This document shows positions 44,395 through 54,221 of a stretch of DNA of 64,000 nt, in pieces. The notes under the pieces are model-generated. The model was given only the letters and a program-made list of their open reading frames with translations, had not been told where the DNA came from and did no database searches. Source of the DNA: Candidatus Saccharimonadia bacterium (GTDB taxonomy: Bacteria; Patescibacteriota; Saccharimonadia; UBA4664); NCBI GenBank assembly GCA_036488585.1, contig DASXHH010000004.1, forward strand, positions 65,254-129,253, written 5' to 3'. A program made the position numbers and the translations under genes. Numbering within the stretch: the stretch's first letter is position 1; every line of letters starts with the position of its first letter.

Positions 44395-44763
44395 CTACCC
44401 TGCCAGCCATCGCCGTACCAGCTCCTCGGCAACCAGATCAGGCGTATAGTCGGACTTAACCCAGAAATCTTCGGCACCGAGGCGCCTTACTATGTCTTGC
44501 TGTCTGGCGCCGGCCATGTTTGAGAACACAATAACGTGAGTTTTATGTACGCGCGGGCCCAATCGGCGCAGGAATTCCTCACCGCCCATTACCGGCATCA
44601 TCATGTCTAGCAGTATAAAATTGGGATCAAAATCAGATAATTTGCCGAGTGCGACCTGGCCATTTTCCGCGACCTGAATGCTGAAACCAACCAGCTCAAA
44701 CTTCATGGCGTAGATTTCGCGGATGGCCTCATCGTCTTCTATGAGCAAAACTTTAGGTAACAT
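44395..44763 (-). CDS. single-domain response regulator (CheY-like receiver)
   Basis: VLLIEDDEAI...ILLDMMMPVMGG...VIVFSNM...VKSD. No output domain. Confidence 0.8.
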   Translation of the reverse strand: MLPKVLLIEDDEAIREIYAMKFELVGFSIQVAENGQVALGKLSDFDPNFILLDMMMPVMGGEEFLRRLGPRVHKTHVIVFSNMAGARQQDIVRRLGAEDFWVKSDYTPDLVAEELVRRWLAG

Positions 44764-44822
44764 AAATCACCTATACCTACCCAAGTATCAGCATGAGCTA
44801 AGCGCGGGGCGAGAGCAAGAGG

Positions 44823-47246
44823 CTAGAGATCGACGCGGCGGTAGAATTGGCGTTTCACTACCTCGGCCAGCACCAGATACACCGCCACAATGCCAATAAC
44901 GGCCGCGATGGCGGAGACCGGAACCGGACCGAAACGAAAATACTTCCCGAACGAGCTCAGTGCGATGGCGTAGCCGATTAGCACGGTGCCCAGGGTGGAA
45001 ATAACCAGGAACGGGCTGGGGCGCGACTGCACAAAGGGGATTTTGCGGGTGCGAATAATATAGACAACGAAGGTTTGGGTGGCGACCGATTCCAAAAACC
45101 AACCAGCTTGGAACGAGGCCTCGCCGAAGTGGAACACCAGCAGCAGGGCAGCGAAGGTGGCGAAATCGAAAATGGAGCTTAAAGGGCCAAAGACCCACAT
45201 GGCCTGCTTGAGCGCCGAGATTTTGAGGGTGCGAGGACGCTTGAGGCTGTCGGCGTCGACGCCGTCGAGGGGCAAAGCGAACTGGGAGGTGTCGTAGAGC
45301 AGGTTGGTGAGCAGGATCTGGGTGGCCTGCATCGGCAAAAATGGAAGGAAGAGCGAACCGGCGGCCATGGAGAACATATTGCCGAAGTTGGAGCCGAGCG
45401 ACATCATGAGGTACTTGAGCGTGTTGGAGTAGGTGCGGCGACCCTCGATGATGCCATCAATGAGGATACTGAGCGATTTGCGCAGCAATATGAGGGCGGC
45501 CGTGGATTTGGCGACGTCGACGGCATTGTTGACTGAGATGCCTATATCAGCGGCCTTGAGTGACGGCGCATCGTTGATGCCGTCGCCCATGTAGCCGACC
45601 ACGTGGCGATTAGCACGCAGAGTCTGGATGATTTGGAGTTTTTGCTCGGGATTAACGCGAGCAAAGATGGTGGTGCGCTCGACGGCTTCGCGGAGTTGGA
45701 CCTGGCTCAGGCGCTCGATCTCAGATCCGGTGAGGATACCTTTGATTTCGAGGCCGATGTCCTGGGCGATTTTGCGGGTAACGAGCGCATTGTCGCCGGT
45801 GACGATTTTGACCTCGATGCCATGGTCACGAATTTTTTCGAGGGTGGGGCCGGCTGACTGTTTGGCAGGATCGAGGAAGGCTAGGAAGCCGACAAAGCTG
45901 AGGCTACGCTCGATGGCCGGCTCGTATTGTTTTTCCTCGGGCACATGGTGAGCGGCCACCGCCAGCACCCGGAATCCCTGGGCGCTGAGCGATTCGTACT
46001 CGGCCTCTACCTCGCTTTTGACGGCCTCAAACGGACGGCCGCCCACGTAGTGACTGCAGATGCGCATGATCTCTTCGGGAGCGCCCTTGGTGATGAGCAG
46101 CCGGCGGCCGAGGTGACCCACCACTACGGATTCACGTTTGCGCTCGAAGTCGTACGGGATTTCGTCGATTTTTTTGTACTCGCTGGCTTTAACCTGGCTC
46201 TTGAAGGCCTTAACGGCGCGGTCGAGTGGGTTTTCGAAGCCGGTGGAGAAGGTACTGGCAAGATAGCCGTAAAGCAGAACTTTGGGTGAGTCGGCGCCGA
46301 ATCCATCCAAATGGCGGACCAGCGCGATGTGGTCCTCGGTGAGAGTACCGGTTTTGTCGGTGCACAACACGTCCATGGAGCCGAGGTTTTGGATGGAGCT
46401 GAGTTTTTTAACGATGACACCATGGCGAGCCATGGCGAGTGAGCCCTTGGTAAGGTTGAGCGTAATAATGAGCGGCAACAGTTCCGGGGTGAGTCCCACG
46501 GCCAGAGCCACGCTGAAAAGCAGCGATTCGAGCAGACTGTGGCGGAAAAAAATATTGACCGCGAAGATGAAAATCACCAGGAACGTAGTGATTTTAATAA
46601 TGAGCAGGCTGAAATCCTTGATTTCGCGGTCAAACTCGGTGGGCTGGTCGGCGGCAGTGAGGGCGTGGGCGACGTGCGAAAACTTGGTGCCACGGCCGGT
46701 GCGTTCCACGCGCATGGTGGCCTCGCCGCTGGTGATACTAGCGCCGAGATAGAGGGGGGCTTTGGGGGGCTTGGGCTGTGGGAAGGATTCGCCCGTGAGG
46801 GCCGACTCATTGGCGTACAGATCTTTGCTACTAATGACCTCGCCGTCGGCCGGGATGAGCCTCCCGGCCGCAAGTTGCACTAGATCGCCAGGCACCAGGG
46901 TGCGCAAGGGCAGGCTCGCCCATTTGCCGTCGCGCATGACGGTGGCCTCCACCCGTACCCGCTCTTTGAGAGCCTCGGCGGCTCGCTCAGAGCGGAAGGT
47001 ATTAACAAAGTCGAGCACGGTGCTCACCATTACGATGGCGATGATGATGATAAAGTTGACGCGGTCGCCGGTGAAGGCCGACACCACGGCGGCCAGTACC
47101 AGGATGATGACCAGTGGGTTGGTGAAACGGGACAAGAAGGCCACCACTGGCGACGCATGCTTGGTTTCGATCAAAGTGTTGGGGCCGTATTGCTTGAGGC
47201 GCTTGGCTGCTTCGCGGCTGGTGAGGCCGCCGGTTTGGGTATTCAT
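44823..47246 (-). CDS. P-type cation-transporting ATPase (MgtA-like Mg2+ importer family)
   Basis: CTDKTGTLT phosphorylation site, TGES-like LTGES, MGDGINDAPSLKAADIG hinge and 10 TM segments. The N-terminus LTSREAAKRLKQYGPN is typical of the MgtA/Ca-ATPase family. Confidence 0.85.
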   Translation of the reverse strand: MNTQTGGLTSREAAKRLKQYGPNTLIETKHASPVVAFLSRFTNPLVIILVLAAVVSAFTGDRVNFIIIIAIVMVSTVLDFVNTFRSERAAEALKERVRVEATVMRDGKWASLPLRTLVPGDLVQLAAGRLIPADGEVISSKDLYANESALTGESFPQPKPPKAPLYLGASITSGEATMRVERTGRGTKFSHVAHALTAADQPTEFDREIKDFSLLIIKITTFLVIFIFAVNIFFRHSLLESLLFSVALAVGLTPELLPLIITLNLTKGSLAMARHGVIVKKLSSIQNLGSMDVLCTDKTGTLTEDHIALVRHLDGFGADSPKVLLYGYLASTFSTGFENPLDRAVKAFKSQVKASEYKKIDEIPYDFERKRESVVVGHLGRRLLITKGAPEEIMRICSHYVGGRPFEAVKSEVEAEYESLSAQGFRVLAVAAHHVPEEKQYEPAIERSLSFVGFLAFLDPAKQSAGPTLEKIRDHGIEVKIVTGDNALVTRKIAQDIGLEIKGILTGSEIERLSQVQLREAVERTTIFARVNPEQKLQIIQTLRANRHVVGYMGDGINDAPSLKAADIGISVNNAVDVAKSTAALILLRKSLSILIDGIIEGRRTYSNTLKYLMMSLGSNFGNMFSMAAGSLFLPFLPMQATQILLTNLLYDTSQFALPLDGVDADSLKRPRTLKISALKQAMWVFGPLSSIFDFATFAALLLVFHFGEASFQAGWFLESVATQTFVVYIIRTRKIPFVQSRPSPFLVISTLGTVLIGYAIALSSFGKYFRFGPVPVSAIAAVIGIVAVYLVLAEVVKRQFYRRVDL

Positions 47247-47319
47247 GCTTATGGTTATTATACCCTTATACGCCGACCCAAGCGCTTAGTGCGAGCCTAC
47301 CCGTGTGTAGCTCACGTTA

Positions 47320-47353
47320 ACGAAAAGCCCCGGCATGCGAGATGCGGGGGCTT
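47320..47353 (-). terminator. intrinsic terminator/attenuator hairpin within the mgtA-like leader (GCCCCCGCAU-CUCGC-AUGCCGGGGC + UUUUCGUU)
   Basis: 9-bp GC-rich stem with one mismatch plus U-tract, ~75-105 nt upstream of the ATPase start codon on the minus strand. Confidence 0.55.
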
Positions 47354-47604
47354 GGCGAGAAAGAATTATTGCGAAGCGCCTCCCGGCGCGAAGCTATTGT
47401 ATGGGTATTGCCGACCGAAGTCGCGGGAGGGTTGGTTTGTCCTGGCCGGAGGCCAGAGCAAGAATTTGGGGTGAAAGCAGACCGATAGGTCGTTTCCCTC
47501 GACGTTAGCCGAGGAGTCTTTCGCCCATAGGCGAACTCCATTTTGGTGGTTTTTGAGAGTGCGCCTACGGGCGAACGACGCCCGGTTTTTCAAAGTAATG
47601 GATG

Positions 47605-47633
47605 AGTATATCAGGTAGCTTTAACTTTGTCAA
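47605..47633 (-). promoter_or_regulatory. consensus sigma70 promoter (TTGACA-17-TATACT) for the mgtA-like gene, overlapping the last codons of ndh
   Basis: On the minus strand: TTGACA aagttaaagctacctga TATACT. The predicted TSS is ~350 nt upstream of the ATPase ATG. Confidence 0.55.
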
Positions 47634-48855
47634 TAGGGGTGGTGGCCGGGGTGCCGGAACAAATCGGGCAGAGGTCTTCGCGGCGACCATCCTGGAGCCA
47701 GAGTTTGATTGCCTTAGGCCAGCTTTCGATATCGGCGTAACCGACTAGATCGGCTAGGCGGCGCAGGATGTAGCCAGCCATGCCATAAAGCTTGAGGCTC
47801 CCCCACTCGGCCGTTGCCCAGTGCTCGCCCACCGGGATTACACTGATCGGCGCTTTAGGCTTGTAAGCGGGGCGGGGGTGACCGGCTAGAGCACGTGCAA
47901 GATCGGCAGCCGCATAGTCGGCGTCATAGAGAGCGGTCTGAGCCATGCCGGAGAACTGGGTGGCGGCATTGTCACCGAGCACATACACGTGCGGCCGGGC
48001 TTGCAGGTGCTCGTCCACCTGGACCTTGCCGCGCTCATTAATTGTGAAAGCGGAGGCGTTGTCTTTGAAGAACGGGTTGTTGGCGACACCGGCGGTCCAG
48101 ACCACGGTCTTGGTTTGGAGCGTTTTGTTGCCTAGAGTTAGCGCCTCAGCCGTTTCGCCCTTCACGGTCTGGCCGGTCATAACGGTAACGCCGAGTGATT
48201 CGAGCTGGCGCTGGACCCGGACGCTCACGGCTTCGGGCGAGCGGGGCAAAATGCGGGGTGCAGCCTCGATGAGATCGATTTTGTACTGAGGCTTATCTAG
48301 CCCGTGCAGCCGAGTGATGCGATGAAGGTAGCTGCCCAATGCGGCTGCCAGCTCCACGCCAGTGGGGCCGGCACCGACCACCACATAGTTGAGATCGGTG
48401 CGCTTCTCCTCTACAAGCTGACGGTGCAGATGCTGTTTGAAGCGTTCGGCGCCGGCAATGGATTTAATGCCATAGGAAAACTCTTTGAGGCCCTCAATGC
48501 CGAAGTAGTTGGTGATGCTGCCGAGTGATAGCACCAGTTCATCAAAAGCGTAACTGGCGCCGGAAGCGGTAGTAATAGTGTTGTGATCGGGGTCGAGTTT
48601 GGTGACCGTGTCGCGCACAACGCGCACAGGCAGGCCGCCCAGTAGCTCGGCGAGCGGAATTGACGACTCGGAGCGGGAGCCGCCAGTGGCCGAGTGGTAG
48701 AGCTGCGGATAGTAGGCGAAACTGTCCTCGATGGAAATAAGCGTGAGGTCGAGGTTAGAGTGCCTGGCCAGCTTGTGCGCGATTCGAACACCACCGAAGC
48801 CGCCCCCCACGATTACGACTTTGGATTGGCGTTGATTTTGGGTTGACGTCGACAT
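47611..48855 (-). CDS. ndh: type II NADH:quinone oxidoreductase (NDH-2)
   Basis: Start at MSTSTQNQRQSKVVIVGGGFGGV (first GxGxxG). Second dinucleotide fold YVVVGAGPTGVE. The 150-codon Arg-rich upstream extension in the track is unlikely to be coding. Confidence 0.8.
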   Translation of the reverse strand: MSTSTQNQRQSKVVIVGGGFGGVRIAHKLARHSNLDLTLISIEDSFAYYPQLYHSATGGSRSESSIPLAELLGGLPVRVVRDTVTKLDPDHNTITTASGASYAFDELVLSLGSITNYFGIEGLKEFSYGIKSIAGAERFKQHLHRQLVEEKRTDLNYVVVGAGPTGVELAAALGSYLHRITRLHGLDKPQYKIDLIEAAPRILPRSPEAVSVRVQRQLESLGVTVMTGQTVKGETAEALTLGNKTLQTKTVVWTAGVANNPFFKDNASAFTINERGKVQVDEHLQARPHVYVLGDNAATQFSGMAQTALYDADYAAADLARALAGHPRPAYKPKAPISVIPVGEHWATAEWGSLKLYGMAGYILRRLADLVGYADIESWPKAIKLWLQDGRREDLCPICSGTPATTPIDKVKAT

Positions 48856-48890
48856 GATGCCCCAATCATAAGCGTCTTTATCTGAAACGT

Positions 48891-49751
48891 CTAGGTTTGC
48901 CGGATAAGATCGATCGCGATGCGGGCGCGGGCGATGGCCGAGATGGCGTCGCCGCCGGGCTTGTTGATGTGCCAGGACACATCGGCCAGCATTTTGTAGA
49001 CCGCGTGAATGCGCACAGCTTCGCGATCGGACACCTGGAGCGTGTGTTGCAGAACGAGATCGCGCGAGTCGGCGTAGCCTAGCAGTGAGTACCACAGCGA
49101 CATTAGATCTTGAGTAACGTCGCCGTAGCCGGCCTGGTCCCAATCGAGAACGCCCGAAACGACGCCGTTTTGCAGTAGCACCTGTGTGTAACCCATGTCG
49201 CCGTGCACGAGGTCGGTTTTGGGCAACATTTTGCCCTGGAGGCCGAGCACAAGATTTTCGATGTCGGTGACAAGAGCGGAACTGTCGCCGGAAAATTGCA
49301 TGAGGGCGCGCACCAAACCCCACTCTCCGCGGAATACCACATCCATTAAGTACCAGACCCAATCTTGGCCCTGGACTTCGGAGATGGCTTGGTTTTTCTG
49401 CAGGTCGACGAACTGCAGCAGGCTAGTGACGGCCGGGGGTGTGGGTTCGGCGCTCATGCCAGGAAGTTCGCTTTGCAGTGAATAGGTGCCGCGATCGGTG
49501 GAGCCGGTCACCAGATATTTTGGCACCGGATAGCCCAACCCAGCCAGGTGCGTGGTGGCGGCTTTGGCGCGCTCCACCTGGCGGATCCATTGCGGATTGG
49601 TGTTAACCTTGAGCACCGCGCGAGTGCCGTCGGCGTTCACTACCCGGTAGGCGCCGTGGTCTTCGCCGCCAGAATATTGCGCATTGAGAGAGTAAGAAGT
49701 ATGCTCGGATGCATTGATGAGTTCGAGTGCTTCTTCGGGAGTCATGGGCAT
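48891..49751 (-). CDS. aminoglycoside/choline-kinase-type phosphotransferase (APH family)
   Basis: Brenner motif LVHGDMGYTQVL (HGDxxxxN-like) and DWDQAGYGD (DxD) are typical of the APH/ChoK family. Confidence 0.7.
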   Translation of the reverse strand: MPMTPEEALELINASEHTSYSLNAQYSGGEDHGAYRVVNADGTRAVLKVNTNPQWIRQVERAKAATTHLAGLGYPVPKYLVTGSTDRGTYSLQSELPGMSAEPTPPAVTSLLQFVDLQKNQAISEVQGQDWVWYLMDVVFRGEWGLVRALMQFSGDSSALVTDIENLVLGLQGKMLPKTDLVHGDMGYTQVLLQNGVVSGVLDWDQAGYGDVTQDLMSLWYSLLGYADSRDLVLQHTLQVSDREAVRIHAVYKMLADVSWHINKPGGDAISAIARARIAIDLIRQT

Positions 49752-50005
49752 ATTATAGTTGTTCAGTCTATCCTCAGGGAAGCATTTGATAATCTATAAT
49801 AGATAGTTGTAAACGTTAGGGATCGGTCTGTGATTAGATTTTTCGCATATGTTGACCCGGGCACCGGCAGTTTCGCTCTGCAAGCAGTTATAGGAACGGT
49901 AATGGGTGTATCGTACGCCGCTCGAAACCGGATCAAAATGATTGTTGGAAGATTTAAGAAGGGCTCTCCGGCGACCTCAAAGACTGACAACCACGGAGAC
50001 TAAAA

Positions 50006-51385
50006 TTGTTGCAAAAGGACCCGTCATCGTTTCGCGACAATTTTGGGTTCGTGTTCTGGACGGGTGGTCGCGTCTACCGACAGATTAATCCGGCGGGCAA
50101 GGCTACCTATGACCAACTTATGGTTAGCGGGCTGCATAAACAGCTAGTAAAAGACGGCCTCATAGTAGACCACGAAGAAGTGCCGCCGGGTAGCGTGGGC
50201 GCGGACGGAGCCTACAGGGTGATACGGCCTGAGCTGGTACCGTTTATATCCTACCCGTACGAGTGGTCGTTTTCGCAGTTGCAAGACGCGGCTCTAGCAA
50301 CTTTGCGCGCGCAGAAATTGGCGCTTGATGCCGGCATGACCTTGCGCGACGCCACGGCCTACAATGTGCAGTTCGTAGAGGGACGGCCTCGTTTGATCGA
50401 CACATTGTCGTTTGATGAATACCTGCCGGGCGATGCTTGGGTGGCCTACCGGCAGTTTTGCCAGCACTTTTTGGCGCCGTTGGCGCTGATGAGCCGGGTG
50501 GACCCGGATTTGTTGCAGTTGATGCGCGTGTATATTGACGGTATTCCCCTGCCGCTGGCAGCAAAGCTGCTGCCAGCGCGGGCCGCCCTGAACCTGGGGT
50601 TGGCCACTCACGTGCATTTGCACGCTCGGTTCCAGCGGAGGCATGAAGGTACCGGCCAGAAGGCGGCGGCAAGCGTGAGCCGGGAATCGCTACTTGGTCT
50701 GATCGACAGCTTGGAGCGAACGGTGCGAGCCATGCGGCTTAGTAGCGTTTCGAAAACCGAGTGGGGCGACTACTACGACAACACCAACTACACCGACGCG
50801 TCATTTAAGGCCAAGGAGCAGATTACCAGCGAGTTTGTGCAGCGGGTGGAGCCGGACGCGGTGCTCGATCTGGGCTCCAACGATGGCACCTTTAGCCGGA
50901 TCGCGGCCAAAGCTGGTGCGCTAGTGGTGAGCGCCGACATCGACCCGCTGGCGGTGGATGCCAACTATCTGAAGGTGAAGAAAAACCATGAGACGCGGTT
51001 GTTGCCGATTTTGGTGGACCTCCACAACCCCAGCCCGGATTTGGGCTGGGCCAATCAGGAACGGTCGAGCTTCGCCAAGCGGGCGCGGGCCAAGATGGTG
51101 CTATCATTGGCACTCATTCATCACCTGGCCATTTCCAACAATCTCCCGTTCGATCGGATCGCTGAGTACTTTGCCGGATTGGGTACGTGGCTGGTGATTG
51201 AGTTTGTGCCGAAATCGGATTCGAAGGTGAAGCGGCTGCTGGCAACTCGTGAGGACATTTTCCCTGAATACACGTCAGAGGGTTTTGAAAAGGCCTTCGG
51301 TGAGTACTACGAGATACGCGAGAAACAGAACGTGGCGGGCTCGGAGCGCATTATGTACCTAATGCAGCGCAAGGACGCGCGGTGA
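50006..51385 (+). CDS. class I SAM-dependent methyltransferase-like protein with large N-terminal domain
   Basis: The C-terminal half has VLDLGSNDGTFSRIAA (motif I) and VVSADIDP (motif II). The N-terminal ~270 aa is unassigned. Confidence 0.55.
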   Translation: MLQKDPSSFRDNFGFVFWTGGRVYRQINPAGKATYDQLMVSGLHKQLVKDGLIVDHEEVPPGSVGADGAYRVIRPELVPFISYPYEWSFSQLQDAALATLRAQKLALDAGMTLRDATAYNVQFVEGRPRLIDTLSFDEYLPGDAWVAYRQFCQHFLAPLALMSRVDPDLLQLMRVYIDGIPLPLAAKLLPARAALNLGLATHVHLHARFQRRHEGTGQKAAASVSRESLLGLIDSLERTVRAMRLSSVSKTEWGDYYDNTNYTDASFKAKEQITSEFVQRVEPDAVLDLGSNDGTFSRIAAKAGALVVSADIDPLAVDANYLKVKKNHETRLLPILVDLHNPSPDLGWANQERSSFAKRARAKMVLSLALIHHLAISNNLPFDRIAEYFAGLGTWLVIEFVPKSDSKVKRLLATREDIFPEYTSEGFEKAFGEYYEIREKQNVAGSERIMYLMQRKDAR

Positions 51386-53154
51386 AATCAAACCGGGGGC
51401 GCTGGCAACAACGCTGGCGGAGTTTTCGGCGATGGGCGCCGTACTGGGGCCTGTTTAGCGCCCTGGCGCTAGTGCCGAGCGTAAGCAATTTTTTATATAA
51501 CCGTTACCAGGTGTCGATGCAAGATCTGGGGCTGCCAGTGGTGATCGCGCTACTGCTGGGCGCCGTGGTGGCGGGGGCGGTCTGGCGGCTAGTGGTGCGC
51601 GACCGGTTGGCTGGAGTGGTGGCGGGCACTTTGGCTACGTTGGTGATGGCGCAGGGATTTGACGCGCGGCTGAGTGGACTATCGCCCATACTGCAGGCGC
51701 TGACGCCGATCAGTCTCGGCGGAATCCAAAACACGGTATATTCGGTGGTAATAGCGGTGGCGGTGCTATGGCTGGCGGCGCTGGCCGGTCGGGGCGTTAG
51801 CCGGCTAGTGGACAGGCTGGGGTGGAAGAGCCGCGACATCGCCACAGCGGTGGCGGTGGCAATCGTGGGCATGGCGGCAGTGCAATTTTGGACTCTGATA
51901 ATGGTGCTGGGGCAAGAGTGGCCGCAGTTCTTTTACCACGCGCCGAAACTAGCGGCAGCGCCGGCGGCAGCCAAAGCATCGTCGGCCAAGCCCGATATTT
52001 ATTACCTGGTGCTGGAAGATTATGCCAGCCAGGATGTACTCAAAAACCAGTTCAGCTTTGACAACAACGACTTCATGAGTTTCCTGAAGAGCAAGGGCTA
52101 CTACGTGAACCCGACGCAGCGGGTGAACTACCCTTACACGGCCATGTCGGTGGCTTCAACGCTGAGCGCGAATTACCTAAACGATATCGTGCAAAAGTTT
52201 AGCAAGGCGCCGAAGCAGACCGTGGTACCGTTTAACGACGCGACGCGTGACGCCCCGGTGGCGCAGGCGCTGAAGTCGGCGGGTTACAAGTACATAGAGA
52301 TTGGCAACTGGTACGAAGCATTCGATTCCTCGCGATCGGACGACCAGATTTACCAGCCCAATGGCCTGCTGACTGTGTTCGGCCACACCTTTGTGCTGAA
52401 TAATTTTCCAAAGTACAAGCTCACCGAGAGCCTGTTTGGGTCATTACTTGAAATGGGCATTCATCTGGGCAAATTCACGGTGCTCGGATACCAAAACCTG
52501 GGCGACGTGGACTTGGCGCACTACCAGCTGAGCACATTGAAGAACTTGGTGAGTCAGCCATCTGGGGGCCGATTTATCATGGCAGATATCCTGGTGCCGC
52601 ACGAAGCGCCGTTTTACTTCAATGCCGATGGGTCGATCTCACAAACCCCGGACGGTAATAATAACGGTGAGCCGCTGCGGAAGAAATACGTGGGTGCGGT
52701 GAAATACATTAACGCCCAGGTGAAGACCATTCTGCAGCAGATTGACGACCAGAGCCATGGCCGGGCGGTGATAGTACTAATGTCGGATGAGGGGCCGCAA
52801 ATTCTGAATGTGAACGATGAGAGCTATGACCAGGGCGATTCCGGGGACGAGCTGCTAGGTGGGGACATGCGTAAATGGAGCCAAGAGAATTTGGACCTAA
52901 AGTATGGGGTGCTGGCGGCGTTTAGCCTGCCGGGGGTGGACCAATCGGCGGTATCAGCCAACAACACCAGTGACGTGAATATTTTTCGGCTGGTACTCAA
53001 TTCGTATCTGGGGTACAGCCTCCCCTACCTGCCAAACTGCAACTTTGCCTACCCGGACGGTCGCAATTTTCCAGAGCGGTTCGTAGACATTACGGCGCGA
53101 GTGAGCGGCACTTCGGACGCGCGCTGCCAGGCTAACGGAACCGTTAAGCCGTAA
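51382..53154 (+). CDS. membrane protein with C-terminal sulfatase-like (alkaline-phosphatase superfamily; LtaS/EptA-like) domain
   Basis: About 5 N-terminal TM helices, then PDIYYLVLEDYASQ, resembling the N-terminus of sulfatase/phosphotransferase domains. Overlaps the upstream gene by 4 bp. Confidence 0.55.
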   Translation: MKSNRGRWQQRWRSFRRWAPYWGLFSALALVPSVSNFLYNRYQVSMQDLGLPVVIALLLGAVVAGAVWRLVVRDRLAGVVAGTLATLVMAQGFDARLSGLSPILQALTPISLGGIQNTVYSVVIAVAVLWLAALAGRGVSRLVDRLGWKSRDIATAVAVAIVGMAAVQFWTLIMVLGQEWPQFFYHAPKLAAAPAAAKASSAKPDIYYLVLEDYASQDVLKNQFSFDNNDFMSFLKSKGYYVNPTQRVNYPYTAMSVASTLSANYLNDIVQKFSKAPKQTVVPFNDATRDAPVAQALKSAGYKYIEIGNWYEAFDSSRSDDQIYQPNGLLTVFGHTFVLNNFPKYKLTESLFGSLLEMGIHLGKFTVLGYQNLGDVDLAHYQLSTLKNLVSQPSGGRFIMADILVPHEAPFYFNADGSISQTPDGNNNGEPLRKKYVGAVKYINAQVKTILQQIDDQSHGRAVIVLMSDEGPQILNVNDESYDQGDSGDELLGGDMRKWSQENLDLKYGVLAAFSLPGVDQSAVSANNTSDVNIFRLVLNSYLGYSLPYLPNCNFAYPDGRNFPERFVDITARVSGTSDARCQANGTVKP

Positions 53155-53259
53155 TTTTAACGAAAAAATTGGCCGAAAAGTCATGGAAATGTGGAAATGC
53201 ACAAATACTGTCGTGGCGGAATTTTGATAGTCTGATGGCCGTCTAACGGAGAGTAACTC

Positions 53260-53583
53260 ATGACAAAACGACGCGACGAAGAAGAATTCTATGAGGCGAT
53301 GCCTGGTACGATGCAGGGTACCCGGGTGCGGCGTGAGCGTGAACTCAATGATTATGCCGACCGGGAACAAAGCAGTAGCGTAATTGGCTGGGTGGCGTTA
53401 GCGGCAGTGATTTTGCTGGGGCTGCTCTTGCTGGGGACGGTAAATGCCCGCTCCCGGACGGTCACGCCCGGTGCCAACACCGGTAACGGCGTCCAGAATT
53501 TAAAGGGCAGCCAGCCCGGTAGTGCCGGCGGGACGCAGCAGAACGGCATCACGCCAGGTAGCGGCGGCCAAACGACGAAGTAG
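53260..53583 (+). CDS. small hypothetical membrane-anchored protein
   Basis: 107 aa with a charged N-terminus, one TM and a Gly/Asn/Gln-rich tail. GGAGAG SD 6 nt upstream. Confidence 0.4.
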   Translation: MTKRRDEEEFYEAMPGTMQGTRVRRERELNDYADREQSSSVIGWVALAAVILLGLLLLGTVNARSRTVTPGANTGNGVQNLKGSQPGSAGGTQQNGITPGSGGQTTK

Positions 53584-53617
53584 AATTAAAATATTGATCG
53601 CCCGCCAGGCCGCACTG

Positions 53618-53995
53618 TTACGGCTTGGGGGCGGGATTAGCGCATGATATAAAATACCGATCGCCGCCAGTGTCGCGCAGATGCCGCAATGTTCCGGAAA
53701 TAGGGATGATGGCGCCAGATTTTGCCACTAGTCGAGTTGAGAATCGCAGAGGCTCAGGGTACAAAACGGAAATGGTGCGCAGGACCCACGCGGCGTGATG
53801 CTGAGATTTTTCGATGGTTTGAGATAAATGCATACTCGTGAGCTCCTCGGCGGTAAAGCCGATGACAGCTTCATGGTTTGGAGATGCGTAAAGATAATAT
53901 CCGTTCCGGTCGAAGGCTGCGACCAAAGCCTCCGAGTGGTCCGACTCGAGGCGCTCAATATAGCCCAGTATTTTGGGAGGCAGATCCGCTTTCAT
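53618..53995 (-). CDS. hypothetical protein (PAS-like fold?)
   Basis: 125 aa with no diagnostic motif. Confidence 0.4.
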   Translation of the reverse strand: MKADLPPKILGYIERLESDHSEALVAAFDRNGYYLYASPNHEAVIGFTAEELTSMHLSQTIEKSQHHAAWVLRTISVLYPEPLRFSTRLVAKSGAIIPISGTLRHLRDTGGDRYFISCANPAPKP

Positions 53996-54178
53996 GTTGG
54001 CTATTGTACTCCCGATTTTATAGGCCTAACCGGCAGCTTTATTACACGTAAGCGTCCAGCCAACCTATTACGGCGAGACTTGTGCAAGTAGCTCAACGCC
54101 TAGGGTCAGGCTCTGGTAGTAAGTAGCCGGCTAAATGGGTGCGGGCAGAAAGCATATGGCCTGATAACAAAAATGGCC

Positions 54179-54215
54179 TGGAGGGCCATCTTTGATGCTA
54201 TCGCAACTACACGTC
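54179..54215 (+). repeat. conserved intergenic box, copy 1 (TGGAGGGCCATCTTTGATGCTATCGCAACTAC)
   Basis: Member of the box family TGCT(A/T)TGGAGGGCCATCGTAG-AGGCTATCGCA.. seen at least 10 times between 54.2 and 63.6 kb. Confidence 0.6.
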
Positions 54216-54221
54216 AAGCAA

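Noticed and set aside
47611-49362. 583-aa ORF call for the NDH-2 gene (extra 150 N-terminal codons rich in Arg/His)
   Set aside because: The extension overlaps the APH-family gene region on the same strand in another frame and lacks any fold. The true start, with the first Rossmann GxGxxG, is MSTSTQ at 48855.
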